NCBI RefSeq assembly: GCF_963921235.1
Contig: NC_086097.1
Location: 156,676,001-156,740,000, forward strand
Direction: 5' to 3'
DNA length: 64,000 nucleotides
Source: Mobula hypostoma
Lineage: Eukaryota
Below, piece by piece: positions 13,020 to 26,170 of the stretch. The notes beneath the pieces are model-generated. The model made no database searches. It had not been told where the DNA came from and was given only the letters and a program-made list of their open reading frames with translations. The position numbers and the translations under genes were made by a program. Within the stretch, counting starts at the first letter, position 1; the number at the start of each line of letters is the position of its first letter.

Positions 13020-13742
13020 GATTCATATTCGGATTCATTTATTTATCACATATTCATCAAAACATACAGTGAAATGCATTGTTTGTGTTACAACCACCTT
13101 TGGAAGTGCTGGGGACAGACTGCACATGTTGCCTCACATTCCAGCACCAACACAGCATGTTGACAATGCTTAGCAGAAGAGCACTGAATGCAACAAAACA
13201 GAACACAACCAGCAAAAAAAGCAGCATCAGCAAAACAAGCCCCTTTCCTCCCTCCTACCCACTCACACACATAGGCAGTTGGGCAGCCTATTCCTAGGAC
13301 AGGCCTCTGGTATTTCTGTCTCCAGTCTCTAGTTTCTAGGCTTTGGCCATCAGGATTTGACTTCCGGACTTCTGAACGATCTTTGGGCTTCGATCTTCGG
13401 TATTGACCCGTGGACTAGCTGATGATTGTACTCCAAACTCCAGGACTCAGACTCCTAGCTCACGTGCTAACTGGCCCTCGTACCTCCTGCTCTCATGGAC
13501 ATCTAACTGGGATAGTCCAATATCTATAGGTATCTGTCATCACACATCCATGTTGCTGGCCTTTGAGTGCAGAGCCTAGGCCTGGAGGCCAGCTTGACCT
13601 CAAACTCTTCCTCATCCCTATCCTGAAACCCTAACCTGACCTCTAACTCCCTTCTTTGTCCCCAAAGCCATCACTACAAACTTAAAAAACAACTAAGTTA
13701 GAGCCATGATCTCAACGGAGACTCCAGCTTGACACCATCTTG
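13020..13742 (-). mobile_element. Probable short non-autonomous LINE derivative with Rex/L2-type 3' tail
   Basis: The minus strand starts CAAGATGGTG (decayed CAAGATGGCG leader) and ends in ATAAATAAA plus short repeats. No ORF. Confidence 0.4.
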
Positions 13743-14548
13743 ACAGAAGTGTTTCACTGAGACTTGAGGTTCAATAGTTCAAAGTTCAAAATACATTTAT
13801 TATCAAAGTATGCATCCCATATACAGCCTTACAACCCTGAGATTCGTCTCCTTACAGGCAACCACAAAACAAAGAAACCCAACAGAACCATTTAAAAAAG
13901 AAAACCATCAAACACCCAATTTGCAAAAAAGAAGAACAAATTGTACAAACAATAAAAAGTAAGCAAATAACATTCATAACTAAAGTTCACAAAAGTGAAA
14001 TCACAGCCACGAAGCCAGTCATCACTGCAGCAGGTTGAGGAGCCCATTAGTTGCAGACAACAGCCTCAGTTCAGCACAGAGATGAGTAAAACTTGCTGAG
14101 CAGCAAGCTGAGAACTGGCCCACACTTCCAGTCCCAATACCATGACTTTTTCAATCTGGCCTGGTGCTTAGATCAGCCAAACTTTGGCTCATTCCTTGCC
14201 ATTGGTCCTGGGCTCTGTCACCTTGATACGCTCTCAGGCCTGGGCCCCGCTGCCTCGATTCAGCCCATACTCGACCTGGTGCTTGAGGTGGTTATGAATG
14301 GAACAGCAATATAAATATTGTTCTGACACATGTTTGTGAACTGAATTTGAAATAGGCAAAATCCACTCCAGTTAACCAGTGAGGTCAATTTCAGTGGAAT
14401 TACAGTTTGTTGCCTTCAGTTTAAAATGAGCACCTCCAGATCGTTAAAGGAACAAGTAGCTCATCAATTTGCATTGATCACAGAAAATGCACGGGAAGGG
14501 ACATTCAACCAACTAGCTTTTGCAGATTCTAGGCAAGAGTAATTAATC

Positions 14549-15108
14549 TGGCCAGACTTGATCTTGTGGTCCACAACAGCCAAGCTGGCATATGTTGTGG
14601 AATTGACAGTACCATGGGAAGATGGTGTTGAAGAAGCTTATGAGAGGAAAAAGACTAAGTACTCTGAACTGGCAACTGAAGCTGCCCAGAATGGCTGGAA
14701 GACCAAGATTTTCGCTGAAGTAGTGGGATGCAGGGGATTCATTGCTACATCTACGCCAGTCTATTGAAGAAGATGGGGGTGAGGGATCACTCCCTCCAAC
14801 AAGAAATCAAGTCCTTGTCAAACGCAGCAGAAGAAAGCAGCAATTGGATTTGCTTTAAAAGGAAAGACAACAACTGGGCTGCACGGTGAAGACAAGAGGG
14901 TATGGAACTGAGGCGGGTGTATCTGGGACGCCAGGTAGCACCGTTGAGCCCTCTGGAGACGTCATGGGCTTATCAACGAAATGTCAAAGAAGGAGGATGC
15001 CCACCTGATGACCCCGATGACGTACCTTCCCTCCCTCCTTGTCACCACTCCAAGCCCACTGCCAACATCGAGAGTTCCGACTTACCACAGGGATTGAAAT
15101 ATCAAGTC
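14549..15108 (+). mobile_element. Hero/R2-group non-LTR element 3' end: restriction-like endonuclease plus 3' UTR
   Basis: WPDLILWS...VELTVPWE..VEEAYERKKTKY...GWKT...VGCRGF, then after a frameshift LLKKMGVR...AAEESSNWICFKRKD..W, stop at 14887-14889. Confidence 0.8.
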
Positions 15109-17197
15109 CTAGTAGCTCTACTTCTACCTTTTTTAAACCTCTGTCTTTTTCTCTGCATTTATTTTTCCAGTTCGTTTTTAAATGCCACAACTGCTTCTTT
15201 ATTCATGCCACTATCTGATCTAACCCCCCATATAGCTCATCCTTCATCCTTTCAATTCCACAGTCTACACCCTTCCAATCCCCCACTCTCCCTCCACTTC
15301 ACATCCTGCTCTCTCCACATTCCCCTCCCGATTCTCTATTCCCCATCTCATACCAATCCTTTAGCAGTGCATTCCAAATTCTAGCTACCTACAGAGCAAA
15401 GATGTTTTCCTTTTATCACTTCTGCCAATTAGTTTAATTCATTCTACCCCGGATCTTAACCCTTCCAGGAAATACAGCATTTTCTTTCTATCAGTTTAGT
15501 AATGATGACATGCAATTAATTAATGAGACCATCTGGGACCATGTAACAGTTCGGCCCATAACAGTTGCTTACTTCTGTTTAAATCATAAGATTTTGGATG
15601 AAGGAGAGCACAGAAGTGATAGGCTTATTCTTTAGGGAAGAACAGTCTGTTAACATGCTTTCCTTCCTGGACCAGTCTGAATCTAATCCTAAAATCCTAT
15701 TCCTTTTCTTTCACAAGACATTCAATATTTATAACACCCCCATATTTAAGATAAATGTAAGTGCATGGCTTGTGCTAAGCATAGTAAAAGTTCATATTGT
15801 TATATTTATTGAAAGGAAGAATTTAATTGCCTAAATATTAGCTTTCCTGTTCAGATGTCCACAATTATGTTTTGTGTACGCCTACATAATACCAATTTGT
15901 TGGCATCAATGAAAGAAAAGCTTTCCAATCAGGACACAAGTGAAAGTATTAATTAAACATTTCATTGCGTAGTGTTCAGAACTTTAAATAACATCTCCTG
16001 AAATTATTCAAAGCATTGACAGCACCAGGAATGATGCATCCCCTTCTCCTCCTGAAATGTACAGATACATATTTAATTGCCAATGTTTGAGCAAACCTCA
16101 GCAGTCATTATCACATCAAACTTAAAACATAACCAATCATTTTTTATTGATTGTTTCTTTTATTAGTTTGGGGATACAACAATATTCACCGAGTATTGTG
16201 CTTAAAGCAGGGAACCATAATGCAAACTATGTTGGGTTCCTCTCTGCTTTTAGCAGAAGTCAAATTTAATGGAACTCAATTTGTCAATATACTTGGGACC
16301 AGAACTTTATTTTTACTTGTCAGATGCAGGTCACTCCAATTGTTAATGTACCAGTTGAAAAGCACCCTTTATACCTCTCCCAGCTTGTATTTGTCCCATA
16401 ATCTTTCAAACCCCAGGATTGCCACCATCTCACTGTTGATGCACAATTCACACACTTTCTATCAGACAGTGGATTCCACAGAAAAGATTCTCAATGGTAA
16501 TCCTTAAAATAAATCCATATTGAATTATGCATATTTTAAAACTGAACTACTTAATGGACATGACTAATCCTTCCAGTCACACAGGCAAGCATTATTCATA
16601 AACTGGCAATAGTGTTGTGCTCAGGTTGCTCACTAACAATAAAACCCATTGTGATCTCCTGCTGTGTAACTAGAATATGACATTGGGATGAACAGACTCT
16701 GCTCCTGCTCTTGCCGCAAGATAAAATCCATAGCCATTGAGCAAACCAGCATAATAACAGAAAATGCTGGAAATATTCAGTGGGTCGGACTGGACGGATG
16801 CTGACTGGCATGCTGAGTATTACCAGCATTTTCTGTTATGAGTTTAGATTTCCAGCATTTGCAGCTTTTTTGTTGGATTTTCTTGAACAAAGCAAAGCCC
16901 TGCGGAAGGGTAAAGCATCACAATGCACCAATCATCTGGTCAATAAAACTGCTTTTTTGGCATTGACCGCAGGGTAGTGCCTCGTAGAGCTTGAACTTCA
17001 GATCGATTCCACCACAATTTACCTGCCTTCTACCCAGCCTCTATGGTGGTTCCATGGCATCCAATCCTATAATAGGAGAAGATGAATAAATTCAAATGAA
17101 AAGTCAAGTCAATCCTGATGCAGGGTCTCGATCCGAAACATCAACAGTGCCTTTCCTCCACAGATGCTGCTTGATACCTGAGCTCCTCCAGCAGATT

Positions 17198-19480
17198 ATA
17201 GACAATAGACAATAGGTGCAGGAGTAGGCCATTCGGTCCTTTGAGCCAGCACTGCCATTCACTGTGATCATGGCTGATCATCCACAATCAGTACCCCGTT
17301 CCTGCCATCTCCCCATATCCCTTGACTCCGCTATCATTAAGAGCTCTATCTAACTCTTTCTTGAAAGCATCCAGAGAATTGGCCACCACTGCCTTCTGAG
17401 GCAGAGTATTCTACAGAACCAGAACCCTCTGTGTGAGAAAGTTTTTCCTCAACTCCGTTCTATTCTCAAATTGTGGCCTCTAGTTCTGTACTCCCCCAAC
17501 ATTGGGTACATGATTCCTGCCTCTAGCGTGTCCAATCCCTTAATAATCTCATATGTTTCAATCAGATTCCCTCTCATCCTTCTAAATTCCAGTGTATACA
17601 AGCCCAGTCGCTCCAATCTTTCAACCTATGACAGTCCCGTCATCCCGGGAATTAACCTCGTGAACCTCCGCTGCACTCCCTCAATAGCAAGAATGTCCTT
17701 CCTCAAATTTGGAGACCAAAACTGTACACAATACTCCAGGTGTAGTCTCACAAGGGCCCTGTACAACTGCAGAAGTACATCTTTGCTCCTATACTCAACT
17801 CCCCTTGTTATGAAGGCCAACATGCCATTAGCTTTCTTCACTGCCTGCTGTACCTGCATGTTTACTTTCAGTGACTGATGAACAAGGATAACAAGGTCTC
17901 GTTGTACTTCCCCTTTTCCTAACTTGACACCATTCAAATAGTAATCTGCCTTCCTGTTCTTGCCACCAAAGTGGATAAACTCACATTTATCCACATTAAA
18001 CTGCATCTGTCCATTCACCCAACCTGTTCAAGTCACCCTGCATTCTCATAACATCCTCCTCACATTTCACACTTCCACCCAGCTTTGTGTCATCTGCAAA
18101 TTTGCTAATGTTACTTTTAATTCCTTCATCTAAATCATTAATGTATATTGTAAATAGCTGCGGTCCCAGCACCGAGCCTTGCAGTACCCCACTAGTCACC
18201 ACCTGCCATTCTGAAAGGGACCCATTAATCCCTATTCTTTGTTTCCTGTCTGCCAACCAATTTACGATCCATGTCAGTACCCTACCCCCAATACCATGTG
18301 CTCTAATTTTGCCCACTAATCTCCTATGTGGGACCTTATCAAAGGCTTTCTGAAAGTCCAGGTACACTACATCCACTGGCTCTCCCCTTGTCCATTCTCA
18401 TAGTTACATCCTCAAAAAATTCCAGAAGATTAGTCAAGCCTGAGTTCTCCTTCATAAATCCATGCTGACTCGGACCGATCCTGTTACTGCTTATCCAAAT
18501 GTGCCTCTATTTCATGCTTTATAGTTGACTCCTGTATCTTCCCCACCACTGATGTCAGGCTAACTGGTCTATAATTCCCTGTTTTCTCTCTCTCTCCTTT
18601 CTTAAAAAGTGGGATAACATTAGCTACCCCCCAGTCCTCAGGAACAGACTCTGAATCTATAGAACATTGGAAAATAATTACCAATGCATCCACAATTTCT
18701 AGAGACACCTCCTTAAGTACCCTGGGGTGCAGACCATCAGGCACTGGGGATTTATCAACCGTCAGTCCCATCAGTCTATCCAACACCATTTTCTGCCTAA
18801 TATGAATCTTCTTCAGTTCCTCCATTACCCTAGTTCCTCTGGTCACTATTACATCTGGGAGATTGTTTTTGTCTTCCCTAGTGAAGACAGATCCAAAGTA
18901 CCTGTTCAAAGTACCTGTTCCTTGTTTCCCATAATAAATTCACCCGTTTCTGTCTTCAAGGGCCCAACTTTGGTCCTAACTAATTTTTTCCTCTTCACAT
19001 ACCTAAAGAAGCTTTTGCTATCCTCCTTTTTATTCTTGGCTAGCTTGCCTTCGTATCTCATCTTTTCTCCCCGTATTGCCTTTTTAGTTATCCTCTGTTG
19101 CTCTTTAAAAGTTTCCCAATCCTCTGGCTTTCCACTCATCTTTGCTATGTTATACTTCCTCTCTTTTATTTTTATACTATCCTTGACTTCCCTTGTCAGC
19201 CACAGTCACCCCTTACTCCCCTTAGAATCTTTCTTCCTCTTTGGAATGAACTGATCCTGCACCTTCTGTGTTATTCCCAGAAATACCTGCCATTGTTGTT
19301 GCACTGTCATCCCTGCTAGTGTATCTTTCCAGTCAACTTTGGCCAGCTCCTCCCTCATGGCTCCATAGTCCCCTTTGTTCAACTGTAATACAGTACTGAC
19401 ACTTCCGATTTTCACTTTTCCCTCTCAAATTGTAGTTTAAAACGTCATATTATGGTCAATACCTAATAATGGCTCCTTTA
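17198..19480 (-). mobile_element. CR1 LINE, 5'-truncated, (CTATTGT)n tail
   Basis: ORF2 fragments NYRPVSLTSVVGK, YLDFQKAFDKV, QGSVLGPQLF, KFADD and HLEYCVQFWSP. Tail atagacaatagacaatag. Confidence 0.95.
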
Positions 19481-20145
19481 CCCCAAGATAGTTTGTTACC
19501 CCACATTTACTCATTTACTCCTACAGCAAGAAGCAGAAATCAGGAGTTTATTGAGAGATTGTGGAGTTCACGATTTAAATGATATTCAATTGCAACAGAA
19601 GACTTTAAGGTAGTTTCAAAAAATTATCAGAACATAGTGGGGTTATAATTCAACTTTGGTATCACTTTCTTATTATTCAGAACATATTTATTTCTGTTAA
19701 TAAAATAATCTTTCTATATCTACCAGTAAATCTGTGCTTAGGTGGTAATTTTCTTCATGCTGACAAGAAACATCATAAAAGAAGACAGTATCATTTATAT
19801 CCTCTGCTTTAGTGTTGCTTTATCTGTGGATGTTAACAATCAGTGGGGGCCAGCTGCTCTGTCATTCTGCTCACTTATTCTGTTGGAAAGGGAAAGTTTG
19901 TGAGGAGAATATGGGGGTTTTATTAGGGATATGCGGTACTGCTAAGTTGAAGGTGATATTCACTACCTGATCTCACATGTAAAAAGTAACATGTTAGTAA
20001 GATGGCAAATATCTATGATTTTGGTCATAGAATAAAAGCTCAAATTTCAAAGTTCAAAGAAAATTTTACTATCAAAGTACATATACAACCCAAAGATTCA
20101 TTTTCTTGTGGGCATACTCAGCTAATCTATAGAATAGCAACTATA

Positions 20146-20620
20146 TGAGGGGTGATTGATATGTTCGTGGCTTAAGGTAGAAGGAGTCAAATTTAGAAAA
20201 CCTAGCACATTTATTTTTCAACGTAGTCCCCTCCTACATTTACATACTTCGTCCAGCGGTCGTGGAGCATACGGATCTTGGACCTCCTGAAAGTGTCCAC
20301 AGATGGGTGATTTATTTGTTCGTGGCCTAAGGTGGAAGGAGATGAGTTATTAACTTCAAACTTTCTGCATAATCACTCAAGGTGTTGACCTGCATGTGCA
20401 TGTAATGAGAGCTGTATAACTCACCTCCTTCTACCTTAGGCCACGAACCTATCAATCACCCATCTGTGGACACTTTCTGGAGGTCCAAGATTCGTATGCT
20501 CCACGACCACTGGACTAAGTGTGTAGATGTAGGAGGGGACTATGTTGAAAAATAAATGTGCTAGGTTTTCTAAAATTGACTCCTTCTACCTTAAGCCATG
20601 AATATATCAATCACCCCTTG
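20146..20620. mobile_element. Mariner-derived fold-back MITE, copy 1
   Basis: TA TSD (20144-20145, 20621-20622) and about 200-bp inverted arms. 20490-20555 encodes IRMLHDHWTKCVDVGGDYVEK*. Confidence 0.9.
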
Positions 20621-20625
20621 TATAG

Positions 20626-22170
20626 TGTAATGTAATTGTTAGAAACATGCATAATTCACAAACACTGATATTGAGCTGGGGTTCACTTTAAGAGGCATAA
20701 TGACGTATTATGTGAAGTTCTGTTACCGTGCGTTTTGTGTTCAGTATCTAGAGTATAATAGATGAGTTATTATGGTCTTCCTTAAACATAAAACAGCTCA
20801 TGTTGTTTTATTTGCAAAAACCTACATTGGTGACCCTGATGCTCCAGGATGATTCCAGAATTATTGAACATGTTGGCTGATGCAGTCACTTTGAAACTGC
20901 CGGAGTTTTTGGAGAAAAATGCCATTGCTTGGATTGTACAAGCTGAAGCCCAATTCGTGCCATGAGAAATCTCTGCCAACAGCACCAACTGTTTATATGT
21001 ATTAGCATCACTCAGTAACTCCATGGAAGTGAGAGTGGTGAGTCTACTAGAGCACCCACCTGAACACAATAAAAAGTGATCGCTGTAAACTCATCTTTTA
21101 CAGACTTTTGCTGTCAGAGACTGAGCATGCCAAACAGTTGCTCTCCTTGCCTGGCTTCAGCAATGCTAAGTCACCATAGACCACATGCTGTCTCTCCTGG
21201 GAAATCACCATCCTTGTTTTATTTTTAAAAAACTCTTCATGCAGCAAATGCCTGATCAAGTTCACATAGCCTTTGCTAATGCACCCATGAAGGAGAATTG
21301 CATGAAAGAAGAGAATGTTAAAATAGCTAATTCTACACTTAGCCAGACAGTCGTGCATAGTTCCTTCTCTTTTCCTTGCCTCAGCCAGCTCAGTCAAAAA
21401 GCCCCCCAACATAAGTGAAACAGACTGCTAACTAATGCTGCAAAGCAGACTACATTGGGTTTGTGTTTTTACCACGCTCGCTTCGGTACTAACGCTAGGA
21501 AGTGCCAATGGCAATGCAACTTTGACAGTGCATCAGGACATCAAAGGTCTGTGAACTCTAAGTGCTCCAGCTGTCATGGACATCTAATATTCATTACGTA
21601 CACCTTTTCAGGAAAATGCTTCCAATGTGACACAGGTGCTCAAGTGAGTGTGGTGCCAGCATTGTCTATTGATGAGAAGGCAAAGTGTGATGAAACCTCA
21701 CTGGAGGCTGCCAGTAGCAGCAGGACCCGAACTTATGGGACATGGCAGGTGACACTCTGATTTAGAGGGTGATGTTACACATGGGAATTTGTCCTGGCTA
21801 AAGTGGATAGACCTCTGCTCGGTGAAGATTTCCTGTGTGCCCATGGACTGGTAGCTGATCTTAAGAACTGCCAGCTTGTGGATGTCAAGGACTTTGGGTC
21901 ATTGCTCTGTTCCTCCAGTAAGTTTCCCACAATGACTCTGTCAAGCACATGCACCACTGCATGGGAGTTTACTTCACCATTGGGTGATTTTCCAAATCTC
22001 ACAAAGCTCACATTCTCCACTGCAGTCACAAAACATGGGGTAGAGCACCACATCTCCACAACTGGCCCTTCAGTCTATTCCAGCTTTTCTGGGCAGACTG
22101 TACCCAGGAAAGCTGGCAACCGCAAAGGTTGAATTTGCCAACATGGAAAGATTTGGCATTGTATGCAGGT
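20626..22170 (+). mobile_element. CsRn1-like Gypsy LTR retrotransposon 5' remnant (LTR, PBS, gag, protease, start of pol)
   Basis: About 200-bp TGTA...TACA LTR (20626-20826). Gag AVTLKLPEF...W..QAEAQF, CHCC knuckle CFYHARFG..ARKC..QC, protease DTGAQVSV and PLLGEDFL, then KHGVEHHI.TTGP. Confidence 0.85.
20828..20841 (+). promoter_or_regulatory. Primer binding site, tRNA-Trp type
   Basis: TGGTGACCCTGATG one base after the LTR end. It equals TGGTGACCCCGACG after two CpG transitions. Confidence 0.75.
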
Positions 22171-22479
22171 CAAATCAAAGTTCAAAGTTCACATTTTCAA
22201 AGTAAGATATATTACCAGACTACATACAACCCTGAGATTCTATTAGTCTACAGAACAGTAACTGTAAACTGTAAACATCAGGAACTGGCATAATTTACAT
22301 ATTACTCTTTAACCATTTATGGTTTTATTACTATTTATTATTTTTGGTGCAACTGTAATGAAAACCAATTTCCTCCGGGATCAATAAAGTATGACTATGA
22401 CTATGACTATGATCCACTTCTCCTCGGTTTAAACCAGAACTACGTTATCATCCAGATCCTTGATCCAGATGACAAACAA

Positions 22480-22930
22480 CAGCAGACCCAGCACTGACCC
22501 CTATGGAATTCCACTTGTCACAGCCTCCAGTCATAGAGGCAACCTCTCTGGCTTCTCCTGAAAAGCCAATGTCCAATCCAATTTACTACCCTCATCTCGA
22601 ATTTCAAGCGACTGAACCTTCTTGATCAACCTCTCACGCGGGACCTTGTGAAATGCCTTGCTGAAGTCCAAGTAAACAAAATCCACTGCATTGCCTTCAT
22701 CAAATTTCCTCGTACCTTCCTTGAAAAACTCTATAAGGTTGATTAGACACAACCTACCATACACAAAGCCACACCGTCTATCCTTAATCAGTTTCTGTCT
22801 ATTGAAATCCAGTCCTTTAGACTACCTTCTAATAACTTTTCCACTGCTGATGTCAGGCTCACTGGCCTGAAATTTCCTGGGTTATTCTTAGAGCATTTCT
22901 TAAACAGCGGAACAACACTAGCTATCCTAT
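22480..22930 (-). mobile_element. CR1 RT fragment
   Basis: NFRPVSLTSAV.KLLE and VYLDFSKAF.KVP. Confidence 0.85.
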
Positions 22931-23939
22931 ATTGTAAGGACCTTGGCCACAAACAAAGCTCCCTGGTCATGTGTTATCTATTTGGTATAATTGCCTCTGA
23001 GGTGAACCTCAATCATATCAATAGCATTAGCAAAATGACTAACTTATATCATTGGACCACTTTCCTACTCACTGAATGTCTGCAGCAAAATCTCTCATAT
23101 GTCACTTTGTTACCAAAAAGACTTCCAGTGCAGGTCATTTTAACCTCTCTAAACCTAAGACAAATACCAATTGCTGATCTTTGCATTGACTCTTCATGAA
23201 GTAATGTCTTGATCATAAAATTATCCTTATATTCAGATTCTTCATTAACTATGTACCTTGCGCTATCTATAATCTCCAGTGGATTACAAGATTGCAGACA
23301 TCTTCAGTCATCCGGTTCTGGTCTCCTCATGAACTTATTTCAATGACTTCACAATGTTGCCATTGCCATTAAGTGGTCTGGAATTTTCTCCATAAACTTC
23401 TTTTTCTCTTTTTAAATAACTCTTTAACACCTACCATCTTGGTGAAGTTTTTGACCATCAATCCTAACCTATCTTCATATGTTGTAGTCTTTGACAATAA
23501 TTGATCATGCTCGTGTGAACTGCCTAGAGAAATTTAACTTTGTTAAAGGCATAATGTCAATGCAAGTTGTTGAAGGTACAGGTTGGCACTCCATCCATCA
23601 CTGAAATTTTTCATTCCCTCCATCACTGGTTTACCGTGGCTGTGATGCTTGCCATCAATAAAATGTATTGCAATTCCTCACCTAACCTGCTTTGACAGCA
23701 CCTCTCAAAGCCACAACTTCTATTGTCAAAAAGGAAAAAGCCACTGGGCATATAGGAAAACCACCAGCTGCATAATCCTATTCATCTTGTACACCACCTT
23801 TCATTGTCAGTGGGTTTCAGTCCTGGAGCTCCCTTCCAGACTGTACTCTGGGAATATATTCACCAGAATGATCAAGGATCAACTTTATTCATCATATTCA
23901 TTTACATGTTTTATGAATCTTCTGTGGAAATTCTAGCGC

Positions 23940-24750
23940 TCCTAATGTGGCCTCCTCTACATTGGTGAGACCCATTGTAAATTGGGGGACCACTTTGTTG
24001 AGCACCTCTGCTCCATCTGCCAAAAGCGGAAATTCCCGGTAGCCAAACATTTTAATTCTCATTCTCATTCCAGTTCTGACATTTCAGTGCACCGCCTCCA
24101 CTTGTGCCCTCAAGGTGGAGGAGCAGCACCTGTATTCTGTTTGAGTACTCTCCAATCTGATGGCGTGAATATCGAAATTCCCTCCCCCTCCCTTCTTCTT
24201 CTATTCCCCTCTATCTCTTAACGGGGATAAAATTTCTCTTCTCCTCACCTACCACCCTATGAACCTCCACATCTGGCACATCATTTCCACAACCTCCACC
24301 ATCTTCAATGGGATACTACCATCGAACACATCTTTACCTCCCCCATTCTCTGCCTTAAGCAGGGATCGCTCCTTCCATAATTCTTTTTCTATTCCTCACT
24401 ATCGTCTTTTACCACTTCTCACCTGTCTGTCATCTCCTGCTGGGTCCCCTCCTCCTTCCCTTTCTCCTATGCTCCACTCTCCTCTCCTGTCAGATTCCTT
24501 TCTCTCCAGCCCTTTCTCTTTCCTGCCCACCTGCCTTCACCTATCATCTTCCAGTTATCCTCCTTCCTTTCCTCCTATCTTTTTATTCCGGCTTTGTTCC
24601 CCTTCCTTTCCAGTCCTGAAGCAGGGTCTCAGCCCTAAAAGTCGACTGATAGTCATTTCCATAGCTGCTGCCTGGCCTGCTGAATTCCTGCAGCATTTTC
24701 TGCATGTTGCTTTGGATTTCCAGCATCTGCAGAATTTCTCCTGTTTATGA
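23940..24750 (+). mobile_element. Degenerate, rearranged Penelope 3' part
   Basis: YIGET...GDHFVEHL...VAKHFN, the shared 3' repeat and a decayed hammerhead near 24612-24647. Confidence 0.8.
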
Positions 24751-25404
24751 TTTGCTCTGGTGTGTCAGTTAGGGTAAGACATGCAATAAAAGACAACAAC
24801 ACTCTAATTATAAAGAATATAGAATTATATAAAAATAAGGAATAAAAGATGCTATGATAAAATACCTATGGAATAAAATATGCATAGATACATGCTAAAT
24901 ACCAGCATTTATTTTGCAAGGTAAACAGCTTTATAAAAGGTATTCTAAATTGTTTACAGTGTAGTGTTGAGACAGGGATAATAGATAGAGGGTGCTGGGA
25001 AGGGAGCTAACTGAAATGACTGATCAGATTAACTCCCTTGGGAAAGAAACATTTAAGATTGTATGAAGTTTCTGTTTAATAGCCCTATAGTACTTTCCAG
25101 AAGGGAGCTTTGTATGCAGTGGTTCAAGAAGGATCACCACTTCCTTCTCAAGGGCAATTAAGAAGGGTCAGTACATGATGTTCTTGCCAGCAGCACTGAC
25201 ATGCCAAAAAGCTAATTGAAAAAAATCTATAAGTAATTAAAATAAGCTTTATTCACACTAAGGAAGATTATTTTCCTGAAATATTGGGCTTTAATACATT
25301 TCTCTGCATCTTTTCACTGCTCCATGAAGTGTGATAGCCTTCGCAGATACTTGCAGCTTCCCTAGTCACTGTTCAGTACTCCTTCTGAAAAGCCCCTGAA
25401 GACA

Positions 25405-25680
25405 TCAGCTGTGGCTCATTGATACTGAGAGAGGAAGAACTGGCTTTCTGTCCCAGAGTTCCAGCAAAACCTCTGAGATACTGCCTTTCTGGTGAAATGT
25501 TAAATCAACAGTTTCCCTGCTTTTCTTGGGTGTTTATTTAAAGAAAAACAAGTCTTTATTTTGAAGAAGGAGAAAGGGGTTTATTCTTCTATTGCAAGTT
25601 ATATCTATCTCTCACAAGGATCACCAGCAAATATCACATGGTCAATTCAACACTGATGCTTTGGTAACTTGGCTACTGAT
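25405..25680 (+). mobile_element. Old Deu-domain SINE (SacSINE1/AmnSINE1-like)
   Basis: Degenerate match to the recalled Deu core (gctgtggctca...tgcctttctggtgaaatgttaaa...tattttgaagaagg...ggggtt). Confidence 0.5.
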
Positions 25681-25916
25681 TATTGTAGTTTACTAGAATT
25701 GTGAATTTCTTTTTGTCAACTATCCTTGTGTAATTGTAGGTACTGTGTGTAAATGGTATATGACTTGTATCAGATTGTGAGAATTTATTTCATCAGGTAT
25801 ATTTGTTCTCTTTATTGTTATCTCCAATATGGATCTGACAAACCCCTGTCATAATCAAAATTAACTTCCATAAACATGGCAAAGTGGTAACTTTATAAAA
25901 TCTTTATACAATAGAT

Positions 25917-26170
25917 CGGTAGCGTAGCGGCTGGAGTGTCGCTATTACAGCTCAGAGCATTCCGGAGTTCAGAGTTCAATTCCAGTGCCATCTGTATGTC
26001 TTCCCCTTGGAATGCGTGGGTTTTCTCTGGGTGCTCTAGTTTCCTCCACAGTCTAAAATGTACTGTGTCGGTAAGTTGGTCATTGTAAATTGTTCTGTAC
26101 TAGGTTAGGGTTAATCAGGTTTATTGGGGTTAGGGGGGTTTACACTGCACTGTATTACTAAATAAATAAA
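25917..26170 (+). mobile_element. tRNA-derived V-SINE (HE1-like)
   Basis: A-box TAGCGTAGCGG, B-box GTTCAATTCC, V-domain gcgtgggttttctctgggtgctctagtttcctcc and an (AAAT)n tail. Confidence 0.8.

Noticed and set aside
14902..15384. 160-aa ORF
   Set aside because: Runs through the Hero 3' UTR into low-complexity pyrimidine-rich sequence with no domain.
20146..20620. CRISPR-like or prokaryotic repeat array
   Set aside because: The repeats are inverted mariner TIRs with no spacers, and the context is eukaryotic.
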